Part shown: positions 12,629 through 23,800 of the stretch, piece by piece
How positions within the stretch are numbered: position 1 is the stretch's first letter
Layout of the letters: each line of letters opens with the position of its first letter
Source of the DNA: Lama glama
Lineage: Eukaryota
Length of the DNA: 64,000 nucleotides
NCBI GenBank assembly: GCA_028534125.1
Contig: CM052816.1
Span: 99,512,001 to 99,576,000 of the forward strand
Direction of reading: 5' to 3'
Program-made: the position numbers and the translations under genes
Notes under the pieces: generated by a model
What the model was told of the DNA's origin: nothing
Seen by the model: the letters and a program-made list of their open reading frames with translations, nothing else
The model's database searches: none

Positions 12629-13854
12629 TGACAGAGGATCCGTCCCAGGGATGAAGAGGCAGACAGCTGGATTTGCTGTGCCAGGAGGGGGGAAGAGCAG
12701 GAAGCACCTCTTTGCGCCAGGGCTTCGCGCTGCCCCTGTGGAGCCCCAGAGAGTCACCTGGGAGAAGACACAACACAAAACACCATCCTTTCATTTAGCA
12801 AAGACAAAAGGTGTGCCTGAGGAGTCCCACATCAAAAGGCATCGGATTACTAATCAGGCCAAGGATCTAACAGGCAAACCCCTAAATCCAAGTCACCATT
12901 GTGCTTCGGCCCTGGGCCGCTCACTGAAGTCCTTCTGGCCTTTGGCTATTGAAGTCCGGCTCTTCACAAGGTACCCGGAAAAAGAGGCATTTGTTATTAC
13001 TCCACTTTGTTCAAAGGCTATTCCTGAAAAGCTTCCCGGATTTGGTTTCTCATTTTCTACCCAAAAGAAACAACAGCAACAACAAAAAGTCGGGCTGAGT
13101 TAAATGGATTAATCGCCGTTTCAGTTTACAGGGAGGCTCGTGAGAAGAAAGCTGGGCTTGCTCTTTATCCTCCTGGAGTGGCTGAGCTGAAGCTTTCAGA
13201 GGCGTGACTCTCCCTAATGACTTAATCGCCTAATTAGCTGGCTTGCAGGGGCAACTGGTAGCTGCCGCTGGGCCAGCCTCTAGTCCACCCACCTTCAGGT
13301 GATGAGTGAGGATTCCTAGGAGAAGAGCACCCCTGGGACTTTAAGATTCCAGAGATAAAACGCTGGGAGACAATAGCGGAATAAACCCATTCAGCAGGAG
13401 ACGTGAAGTTACTTTTATTCTAAATCCTCTCCGAAAGCTCAGGGCGGTGTGGGCGTGTCTGTGTCCACGAGCTGTCTTCCCAGCTGTGTGCTTTTCAAGG
13501 TGCCTTTGCTCTGCCTTCTCTTTTACTTCTTGGATGGTTTGCTTTTATTTTTGAAGGCTTCTCAGTTGCTGTTCTTGCTCTCCCCCAAATAAACCTCTCT
13601 CTGTGAGTGTTTTTAAAAAGTGAGATGGTGTAACATAAGGACTGAGGCGTAACACACAGACAATCCGTTGGCTGAGAGGTTCAAGATCTAACTGTGAAAA
13701 CTGCTCTGGACAAAACTCCTGGCTTGCCCGCCTCCCCCGGCTGTGCTCCAGCGGAAGGGGGAAATTCACATGAAAGGCGGGTGGAGGGAATCCCACAGGT
13801 GAACATTGCCACCTCGCCTGGCTTTTAAAATCCTATGATCACCTGTGAAGTCTT

Positions 13855-14195
13855 TGGGGTGGGGGTCGGGGCGAGGAAGCGGTTCTTCTGCAAAACGTGA
13901 ACTCCAAAGAGTGATCTAGAACGAAGGTTTGAAGCCAGGAGTGGGTAAGAAGAAGCAGGCACGACTTCAAGGCCTCCGGGAATGTCTGGGGGCCAGAGGT
14001 GGGCTGGGGGAGCTCACCCCTTCCAGCTTTCCTAGTGCCTTTGCACCTGCACCTCCAGGCTCCCCTCCGGCACAGACCCGCCCTCTCCAAGGCCTCCAAG
14101 CAAAGTAGCGGACAGCTCTGACTCTCTGTCTCCTGATCTCTGTGGAGAGGCTGGGCGCCAAGAGGCAGGATGCTGGGCGCAGACGTGCTGGGGCT
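13855..14195 (+). repeat. Direct repeat, copy 1 (pairs with 17477-17808)
   Basis: Shares an exact 25-mer gaaggtttgaagccaggagtgggta (13923-13947 vs 17544-17568) and an exact 19-mer ggaatgtctgggggccaga (13979-13997 vs 17600-17618), with colinear similarity over ~335 bp. Confidence 0.92.
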
Positions 14196-15617
14196 TTGTT
14201 CACGGTCACGGAGCAGAGGGGGTGAGCCCACGCGGGCCTGACTTCCTTTCGCTATCTAGCGAACGCCCAGGGGCATTCATTCCAGCAGAGCCTAAGAACC
14301 AGTTTTCAGACTTGAGACAAGCATAGTGTCTCAAGCTTCCAGATCATGTAAGAATTACCTGGTGTCCAGCCTCTGCACTTCTAACTCCTGAAGGGGAGCC
14401 TTCACTGCCGCCGAGTCACGATGCTATTCCAAACGTGCCAGTGGAGAGCGGAGAGAGACCCCTAGTGCCATACTGTCCCCGCCCTCTCCCCTCCAGCTAC
14501 ATGAGAAGCAGCCCCCGGTGAGGCCAGGCTCAGGAGGGTAGTGCTCAGGAAGGCCCAGAGCTCCAAACGCGCTGATGGCCGATTTGATGGTGACACTCGG
14601 CCCCAGAGAGGGACTGGCATTGCCCACAACTGCAGAGAACAGCGTTGAATGGGACAGTCGTTAACATGAGAGAAACCGCCCTCACACTGGGAAGGGGTCC
14701 TAGTTCCTTATCTCTGTTGCAGGGTCAGGTGGGCAGACACTTCAGTGACTCGTGGAACAGGACACGTGTCCACGGCAACAGGAGAGCCGTTGCACCCTGA
14801 GCCCAGCCGTTCCCCATGGGATCCCAAGGGAGGGTAAACTAAGGAGACTCATGTGACCTTTGAAACGTCACTGATTGCTGCACTCAAGTCAACTTTGAAA
14901 AAAAAGACAGAATTACCAATTCCCGAGGAAAGAGTGCTAGATCCAACCAGCCTGAAAAACCGAGACAAAGCAGAACCACGGGGTGATCTTCCTGTTCTTC
15001 TGAGGATGGCTTGTTATCACCAATAATACAAATACGGCTGAAGGGAGATTTAGTGACCATACGGGATATTCTGGGTGCACATACAAATATGTTATATATG
15101 AAACACAAACTCTGAGATTTTGACTAAATTCTCTTTGACATGTCAAACCCCAGACAAAGGGAGAACTCATCTTAAGAAAAAGTGATTGCAACAAATGATC
15201 CCGTTCACTCAGTTCTGTCGTAGAACCGTTCTAGTTTGTGAAACGCACAGCTATGGAAGATTAGACGTTGCCCATCTCATCTTTCAGGAAGAATAATGGG
15301 GAGTGGTTTCTTTTGTTACAACACATGCAAATACGCAAATTTTTTTTTACTTATCTGAATGTATTTTGGTTCCTGGAGACATAACTATAACCTTAATATT
15401 ACTTATGACATTTTAGAAAGCTTAACCTTTTTAGAAAGCTTAATCTCTAGTCAAGGGGATACTGCCTGTTTCTCATCCTCTCCAGCACCCAAGTCCATCC
15501 CCACCTCATGGCCCTCCTTGGTCCTGCTGGTGAGCTGGCCCGTAACGAAAAGTCAGGCTATGCGCTATGATGTGCTTTAACTTGCTTTTTTTTCTCCTTA
15601 AATTCTCTCCCATCAAA

Positions 15618-16866
15618 AAATAGAAAAGTCTCCTGCGCAGAGGAATTTCAGATACTTTCTTGTGTAGATGTTCTGCCCCTGGAAGTTTGAAGCATAACTC
15701 CCTCTTCTTCACAGTGAGCTCTGCATCCTGACTTCCTTCTGTTACCGAGTCCAGACTCATTCCGTTCACTGCACAACAGGCCAAGGAATCGGGAGGCACT
15801 GGGGAAGGAATAATGACTTTATTCAAAAAGCCAGCAGACAGAGAAGATGGGGACTCATGTCCTAGAGAACTACATTTCCCAAGTAAAAACTCAGGCTCCT
15901 TTTATACTAAAAGGAGAGGGGTTGTGGTTGGTTGTTGCAAAAGTCTTGGTGTTGGAATCCTTTGTTCTTGCAGCCGTCCACGTGAGTCAGGCGATGGTGT
16001 TCTGTAAACCTCCAACATGACAAGTGTTACTTTCTGTTCTGCAACTTTGCATCTCTATACGGATGGAAAAGTGTTCTACCCTTTCAGGTCAGTGCCGTGA
16101 GAGTGGGCTGCCCTGTGTGTTCCAGGCTCTAGGCAACATCCTGCTACGAAAGGTGCAGAACCGTGGGGCTGAGCCCGGGAAACAGAGCGCAGGGTTAGAA
16201 CTGAGGGAACAGATCGAACGTGGAGTCAGACTTGTTCTTCCCTGTTACATTTCCAGAAATCACAGTGTGGAAGGAGGGCGGGGGAGTAACTCTAGCGAGG
16301 AGAACCCTGACAAGCAGGGCCCCAGCCTTGTACTCAGAGTCAGTACCAACAGGGATGAGCCGTGTTGACAGGACCTCCCCCGATAGGACGTGATGAAACC
16401 GGCACTTTTCCTGGGTGGTCTTCCGCCCGAGAACCCACGACCCCAGTCATGGATAGTCACAACATAACAGCAGACAAGTCCCCGCTGAGGGACACGCCAC
16501 GAAGCCCTTGAACAGAAGCCCCCGAAACCGCCAAGTTCGGCAAAACCAAGTGAAGTCTAAGAGACGGCCAAGAGGAGCCCAAGAAGCGCGCGCCTTTGCA
16601 TACAACGTGCTGTTCTGGAGGGGCTCCTGGAGCAGAGAAAGGAGAGCAGGGAAGGCTCAGGACGTGCAAGCGAAGCGTGGGGCATCGGGTCGTGACGAGG
16701 TGCCCGCGCTGTTCGCTGCCTGTGACAAGTGCGCTGCGGCGAACTGAGCATGAGGGCACCTGGGCTCCAGGTCCAGGGAGCTCGCTGCGGTATTCCTGCA
16801 GCTTTTCCATGCGTCTAAGTGTACTCTGAGCGTCTAAAAAAAATCACTAAATGTTAAAAAAAAAAA
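15618..16866 (+). mobile_element. L1MD-like LINE-1 3' UTR with A-tail, split by an LTR insertion at 15740-16249
   Basis: Matches recalled L1MD 3' UTR blocks: 'agcataactcccctc', 'gacttccttc|cagaaatcacagtgtggaagg', 'gagtaactcta..ggagaaccctgacaa', 'gtgatgaaa..ggcacttt...gtggtcttcc', 'gccaagaggagcc', 'tcctggagcagagaaagga'. Ends in an A-run at ~16836-16866. Confidence 0.8.
15740..16249 (-). mobile_element. ERV1-class solo LTR (MER41-like), 510 bp
   Basis: TG...CA termini on both strands (tgttacc...tgttaca) and a 4-bp TSD cttc/tttc. On the minus strand it has a TATA (tataaaa, ~15900-15906) and a downstream AATAAA (tttatt at 15818-15823). The minus-strand start 'tgtaacagggaagaacaagtctgactcca' resembles Laurasiatherian MER41-type LTRs (recalled). 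Confidence 0.85.
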
Positions 16867-17476
16867 TCTATGCAGGATACAGTAAGTCTCTAGCATCCAA
16901 GACCAGTCACTCAAGCTATTTTTGGAGATCATTCCTTCCCTGGCGCCACTGAACCCTCTGTGTTTTCCAGACAACCCTAATTCACCCACGCAGGCGCGTC
17001 AGCGCTGTCACTCAGGGACGCGTTGTCTCCTGTCAGCCACTGACCAGCCTCTCAGCGCATCTCATGCGCCGCCGCTCCCCTGTCCCCGGCACGCGCCAGG
17101 CAGACTCCAGCCTCACCGGCCTGGTCCGGGCCCCGCTGCCGGGGCTGGCGGAGGACACCGCCCGGCCCGCCCTCCGCCGGGCGCCGGAACTGCCGACCCG
17201 CCTCGTCTTTGGGAGGCGTCCGTCTGCTCTGACTTCTCAGGCGCCTCGCTCTCCTGACTTTCCTCCTAGCCCTGTCTACTCCTTTTTGAGTTCTGCTGGT
17301 TTGGCCTCTTCTCTGAGGCCAAGCACCACCTCAAGGGTATTAGTCCCCATATGGAGTCATTATATGTTTCCAGGTGCCGCCTTTTCCCACCAAGACTCGG
17401 CGTGGACGCCTGACTGAGTTCCCAGCTTCTACACTTGCCCCTCTCCTGGCAACCATCCCCAAACTGGTCCCCGGCA

Positions 17477-17808
17477 TGGGGTGGGGATGGGAAAAAAGAG
17501 GGCTTCTTCTGTAAAAGGGGAGCCTCAGAGAGCAACCTAGAATGAAGGTTTGAAGCCAGGAGTGGGTAGGAAAAAGCAGGCATGCCTTCAAGGCCCCCTG
17601 GAATGTCTGGGGGCCAGACACGGGCTGGGGGAGCTCACACTTTCCCAGTCCCTTTGCATCTGCGCCTCCGGGCTCCTCTCCAGCACAGACCTGCCCTCAC
17701 CAAGTCTCCATGCAAAGCGGTGGGTCATCCCTGACTCACTGTCCTCCGACCTCCTCGGAGAGGAGAGGCCAACGCCAGGCATCTGGAGAGAGGACGGTGG
17801 TGCAAGCT
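17477..17808 (+). repeat. Direct repeat, copy 2 (pairs with 13855-14195)
   Basis: See copy 1; offset about 3.62 kb. Confidence 0.92.
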
Positions 17809-18049
17809 GAGAGCTATTTTACGCATGTAGATGAGACATGCCTTTCCCTTTCCTAAAGCATCTGATGGTCACTGCTGCTCTGAGAGTAAAATCTCGAGTC
17901 CTCGTGCAGGCCTTTATGACCTGTCTCCAAACCCAGGTCCCAGCAGGGACCCCCACTCACCACCCTTGTGCCCCTGGCCAGCCTTTCTTATTCAGCCTGC
18001 TGTCCTGTGTTTTTTCTTCAGTCCCCTCCCTGCAGGATGACATCACAAG

Positions 18050-18260
18050 TTTATCTTTTTCAGCTCAAATATCATTCTTCTCCGGTGTGACCCTTGACCA
18101 CACCTGCCTAGTGTGACTCTCCAGTTTCTATCTCTTTCACCACCTGTTCCTCCTTTTCATCTGCTTCCCAGACAATGTAAGCCCCGGGAAGCAAGAGGTC
18201 CGGTCTGTCTTATTTCCAGCTACATTCCCAGTGTTAGGCAGAGTACTCGGAGGATAAAGA
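18050..18260 (+). mobile_element. L2 LINE 3'-end fragment
   Basis: 'cagctcaaatatca', 'acaatgtaagccccgggaagcaagagg..tctgtcttatttccagctacattcccagtgttaggcagagtac' resemble the L2a/b 3' end. Confidence 0.65.
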
Positions 18261-18479
18261 AGCATTTTGAAGGTAATCCCTAAGGGAAAGAAGGAGTTAA
18301 AAGCATCTTTTTCTGTACTCCGACATTCAGGCCGGTGTTTAAAGACCCTTCCTCCTGCTGTCACCACCTACCATCTCAGAGGGATCGTCGGTCTGTGCCA
18401 CCCTCATTGGCACCGTATCCATCCACTCCTTACTTCTGTGTAAGGACAAGACCAGTGCCGGGGTTCCCTCGCAAGATTA

Positions 18480-19560
18480 AGAGGAACCCTCTAGTGACAA
18501 ACCCCGTAGCTTCACTTCAGCCCTCTCATGCCAGGTTTTGCCTGGCTGAGAGTTTTCCCTTGTGCCAGCCCCAGTTTTCACTTCTTTGACTAGCTCTCTA
18601 TGACTTCTTTAACTCAATGCGAGCACTGCAGAGGTCTGTGTCCTCAGCACCCACAGCTGTCCCTCCCGTGTCAAATCCTCCCTTGGAAACCTCAAAACCT
18701 CTACTGTGATGACTCAGACTCTCTCAACCACATGCTTGGAGATCTGTACCCCAATGGCAAACCTATGCCACAGACTCAGAATATCCCAGACACAACTCAA
18801 CAGGTTAACTTTCCCAGCTCCTCCTGACCCTGACCCTCATCGCAGGAAGCTCAGGTGCAGGCACCATCTTGGATCACACCCCCTGGTCTACACCCGATCT
18901 GGGGCCAAGCCTTACCGCCACTGCCTGCGCTCTGTCTGACCTGCACCTGTCTCCCCACTAACCCTTACCACCTTCCTTTCTCAGGCTCTCTTATTTGGAC
19001 TTTTATAATGATCGTCAAGTTCGACCCACCCTAGTGCATCCAGAACAGTATTTCCAAATACCATTCCTGAAACCAAGTGGTAGGAACATCTCTGTCCCAT
19101 TCCATAACCTCCTCTGCGGTCCCTCCATGGTCACCTGCACACTCCTCAACACACAGAGGACTGACTGGCTGGCCTGCAGCCACACAACTCCCCGGTGCCC
19201 TGCCCATCCACCTCTCCGTCACGGTGCAGTAAACCACGCACTGTCCCCCACACATGTGTCCACTCTTCTCCCACAAGATGGCCCTCCTGGACTCTCAGCC
19301 ATGGGAGTTTCGCTCCTTGAAGGCGGAGATATGGTTGCACGTCCTCCATGAAGCTTCTCTTGTCTCTAGGCCAGGGTGATCCTTCCGCCTTTAGGACCCC
19401 ATAACACACTGTGTGCCCCTCTCCTGGCCTTTCCTCCCCCTTTGGTAGAACATTAGCTTGTACATATTTTACTTTTTCTACCGGACTTGAAGCCAGGAGA
19501 CATACTTCCCCATCACTGTCTCCTGGGGGCCTTTGAGCAGGAGTTTGACTCATATACCTC
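18480..19560 (+). mobile_element. Degraded L2 LINE body and 3' region
   Basis: C/T-rich, with L2-like blocks 'ctctactgtgatgactcagac', 'actcagaatatcccagacacaactc', 'caccatcttggatcac', 'tctgtcccattccataacctcctctgcggtccc'. Boundaries uncertain. Confidence 0.5.
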
Positions 19561-19656
19561 AAAATGGATCAAATTAAACCCAGGGAAGTCCCTGTTGATA
19601 CCCAATTTCTGATGGTAAAACAGACACACAAATCCTGATTTCTGTCGTTTTGTGTT

Positions 19657-19697
19657 TGGGGGGTGTGTGTGTGTGTGTGTGTGGGTGGGTGGGTGTG
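19657..19697. repeat. (TG)n / (GGGT)n microsatellite
   Basis: 'ggggggtgtgtgtgtgtgtgtgtgtgggtgggtgggtgtg'. Confidence 0.9.
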
Positions 19698-19859
19698 TTT
19701 CCTCACTCTGTCAGAGCCATGATGTCCTGCTTCTTGGAAAAAAAAAATCCTTTGAGCAGATGAGTAGGTGCTAAAAGACGTCAGTTATTTTCACTTAACT
19801 TGTTACTTGTTAGAAGTTGAAGGCAGCCTGCATCTTTCCAGTGGGAGAGGTTCTGAGAC

Positions 19860-20880
19860 AGAGCCGCGCTAGGGGCTGACGCTTGCTGCTGAAACCGTCT
19901 TAGCACCAGGCGAGGACTGAGCCCCTCGGACTCGCCGCGTGATTCACACGGAGAGACGAGCCGTCACCAAGCCTCCCAGCTAAACCGCAGGGCACCAGAT
20001 GGCACGTGCCTGCCGGGGCGGCTACAGCGCTGCCTCTTCTGTCTAAACGTGGGGAAGTCGCTGTGTCCTTTCGGGTCCCATTAGCGTGGGGCAGGATGGG
20101 TCCAGCCTTGAGTTTTACAGGACACCACGAATTAGCTTAAAAGCAAGTGGGCAGCTGAGAAAGCTCTAAGATGAAAACGCATCTGAGGGGATTAAGGTAA
20201 CATATGGAGGTTCTTGGGCGGGGGAAGGGAATCTCAGATTTGCAGGAAATCTGTATTTACAGCTGAACGGGCCACGCCGCCCGAAGTTCTCCCATCCCCC
20301 AGGCCCCGGGGGAGGCTTGGCCGGACCAGGGCAACTAAATAAAGTTTTTCTCTCCGTGAGGTGCTTGGAGTGACACGACGGAAGCCCGCTCCCCTTTGTT
20401 TGGCATTGAAGGGCCTTGGAGCAGAGATGCCTACACTTGTTTGCAGGGACTAATGTCCCATGTGAAACAGGCGGCACGCCTATTGTCCCCGCCACCAGCG
20501 GCTCTATTAGAGACATTCAGCGCTTCTCCGGAGCGACATGGCGCGTGATGTAATTCCGTTTACTCCATGACCGCAGGGAAGGGAAAACAGGTAATTAAAT
20601 GTGAGAAATCAGAGGCCGGGCTGGGGGCCCCTTTCTGCTCAGTTACTTTTCCCAATGCAGCTGCCCAGCTGTGGCCGCCCCGGCGAGGGGGGCCCGGGAG
20701 GGCGGCGGGGCTCACACAAAGGCTCCCCGCTGCCCGACGCACCTCGCAGCACACGGCTCGTTGTCAGGACCCAGCAAGCCAGCCACGTCCTGCTCAGGCG
20801 CCACCACTTCCCATCAACTTGAAAAGCTTCGGCGGTGGGGGGGCCCTCCGTCCTGGGACACGCTTTATGCTCCGGGGCTC
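19860..20880. promoter_or_regulatory. CpG-rich candidate enhancer region
   Basis: Unique CpG-rich sequence with clustered homeodomain, E-box, SOX and FOX-like motifs at 20189-20597 and a CTCF-like motif at 19992-20005. Function inferred only. Confidence 0.45.
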
Positions 20881-23800
20881 CATTGTCTGGGGGCAGATGT
20901 AGTGGCCCCAGGGGTGTGGTCAGTGCCCCAAAGTGGATGGACCAGAAAAAAGGGCAGGAGGGGGGTAGGGGGAAAAGCCAGGGCAGAGAAATGCTGCTGG
21001 AATGAATGAGTCATTTCAGCTAAGGAGCTGACTTCATGCTGCAGACTCAGCTTTCGATAGCCTTCTGTGTACCGCCTCTGGTCTTGGGTATCAGGTCTCT
21101 AGTTTCAAGGTGAAATAGTCTAGAAACTCTGCTGAAACTGTGAAAAACACTGGCCCCAGTAGTTCGAACTCCAAAATTGCTGTATAAAAAGAAATCACTG
21201 GACTTCAAGAATGATGAAGCTGTTGAGGCAGCTGGTACTGCCCCGTGAGGAGCCCCAGTGAAGGTCCTGAAACTAGAACAGCCCCGAAGAGTAAAATGAA
21301 TCTTCTGGTGTCAACAGATGGCTCATGAAGGACCCATCACCTGTTTGGTTTGGTTTTGTTGGGTTTTAATATAAATAACCATGTGTGACATTTCAATTTA
21401 GATCTTACAGCTTTTAGTACATTTTATACTGTCCTCTCCTGCAAATAATTTACTTCCCAGGGTTTCATTATAATAAGAACTATGATGGGGAAAAAATGTT
21501 CTCATTTATGTGTAAATTTTGTTAACAGTGTATTTTGCATAATCACATTCTCCCAATGTTGTTGTTTTTAAGTTAGCATTTTAAAATTTTATAAGTGATC
21601 GACTATATCTCCTTCTTTTAAAAAAGCCATCGAGTCAGAATGTGATAGGACTTTATGATTTTCATTTTGAAATCAAATGCCTACAGATAGTTTAACATGG
21701 CGAGGAGGAAACTGACCCTGAGAGTCACGCTTCGGTCTAGTTTGGACACGTTGGCATTTAGAATACTGGAGTGTGATGTTACGTGGATTTAGCTTTACCG
21801 GAATGGAATCACGGGCCACCCCATTCACCTCAAAGGACAACGGAGGAGAGAAAGCCCTGTAGTTTGAAATGGGTGAGCCGCAGGAGAATCATCCGGGGAC
21901 TATTTGTAGAACCTAGATCCTGTATTGATCACTAATTATCTGTTATGGGATGGCTTTGAGTTTATTTCAATAGAGAAGTGAAAGAGGGTTCATTTAGCGT
22001 GATGTGCTTAAAGTTCATTTTTGCTTTCCTTTGCATCATCTTTCTGGGGGTAACTTTCGAGGCTGTGCCCCCTTCCCTCCCCTGATGGTGGTCCTTAGGG
22101 TCTTGGGGTCCAGAGAGCCGCCTCCTCCTCTGGGGGGGAGACACCACTGTGCAAGGTTGGGATGCCAAGCTCCCAAGTAGCGACTCTTTTTAAAAGACAA
22201 ACAGGCCTGCTTTCTGATACCGCTAATACAAACTGTCAGCTGGGAGCTTGATTTTCAGGTTGAATACAATTACTTGTTCCTGTTGGACTTGACACACCAC
22301 AGCTGGGAGCCAAATTTGGTGGAGAAAACCAAATTTCGCACCGTCCTGCCTGACACGAAGTCAAAACGGTTTGTTTGTGAAATCTGTTTGAAATGTGCAG
22401 CTCTCGTTTCCTGTGGTTGGACCCCGGGAGCCGGGGTGCACGCGGAGCCGCTCGGAAAACCAAATCACAGAGGAAGGGGGGCAGAAGGCAGATCTCGTGG
22501 AGCCTCCGAAGGAATTCTGAATATTTATAATCTCCGCAACTCTTCTGCAAAACTGCCAGAAAATGATGTGATTTCATGCTCCTCGCCCATGAAAACGTGA
22601 AGCACGTTGGGTTTCGAACGGATACCTTTAAAGACTGCGCAGTGGCTTTTCCCATTTTTACAAAGTGGCAGGCTTCCTAGCGTAGGAACAGCATGGGTAG
22701 CCGGCTTGCCAGACACCGGGGAGGGGTGTGCCCACCGAGCGCTACTGAGGGCACTGCCTGTGTTTTTGTTTTTTGAAGTGGGAGTGAATTTAGTTGTTCT
22801 CAATATAAAATAATAAGATCACAAGTGAGCCTCCGGGGGTGAGATAGAGACAGGCTTTCATTGTGCAGCTTTAGCAGTAGAATAGTTCTTTTAAGCAGGT
22901 TTTCTATCCAAGTACCAATCTGAAAGGAGATTGAAAGCGAAAACCTTGTGAGACCCCAGTATTACCCCACAGCAGGTGACCCAGCACTGGGTGGAAGTCA
23001 GCCTGGACAGGATGGCTCACCTGCTGGGACCCGGATGGCACGTCCTCTGTGGCCAAGGACATCATTGTCCTGAGCATCAAAGAGGACTGAGATCCAGGAC
23101 TGCTGGCAACGGCTGAATAGAGGTCAGGCTACCTGGACTGTGTCTGGGGACTGGGAATCCAGAGTTGAAAATCACACCACGAGTAGGAGTGGGACCCTCA
23201 GTGCATTCTGTCCCCGTGTCCATGCCAGTAGGGCTGTGTTCCCCAGCTGGCAACGCTGCAAAACAAATAAGCCAAAGAACAAGGGGCCGGACCTCCCTCT
23301 GCCTCAAGAAACATCACGAGAAACGAGGAAACCATCAGTGGTGGGCAGGGCTCTGTACTAAGAACAGGCACCAGCGTGTTCAGCTAGCACGTCGTGGGTG
23401 TGACTCGGCCTCCGAGCCCTGACTCCCCGCGTCTGCACTTGGAGCGTGGCAGTCCCTGCAGGGCGCAGCCAGGCCAGGCCCTGAATGTAAGTGGGTCTCG
23501 TGCACACCGTGGGGACCTGGGGGCTGGACCATCAGCTGTCAGCAGCCGCAGGGACGCTTTGCTGCCACGCCCCTGGCAGCGTGGGCTTATAGGCCTAGCA
23601 TTAAAGAGAGACAAAAACAAGGAGCTTTAATGTTGACACAACCTATTGTATTATGAAAAGACAGATGCAGAATCAAAATGGGGTGCTTTAAAATTAGGAA
23701 TGATGTACGGCTGAAAATCCAAAATCAAATACTTCTTTGCTACTGATCTGCATACGGACAGATATCTGAGTAGTTAATTACAATTCAGACGTCCCACATA

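Noticed and set aside
15411..15444. Short tandem duplications (ttttagaaagcttaa x2; also the 16-mer at 33991-34025)
   Set aside because: Ordinary slippage duplications; no spacer-repeat array, so not CRISPR-like.
13855..17808. Direct repeat pair as the two LTRs of a provirus
   Set aside because: No TG..CA termini, PBS, PPT or TSD, and the interior has no gag/pol remnant (it holds L1MD plus a solo LTR).
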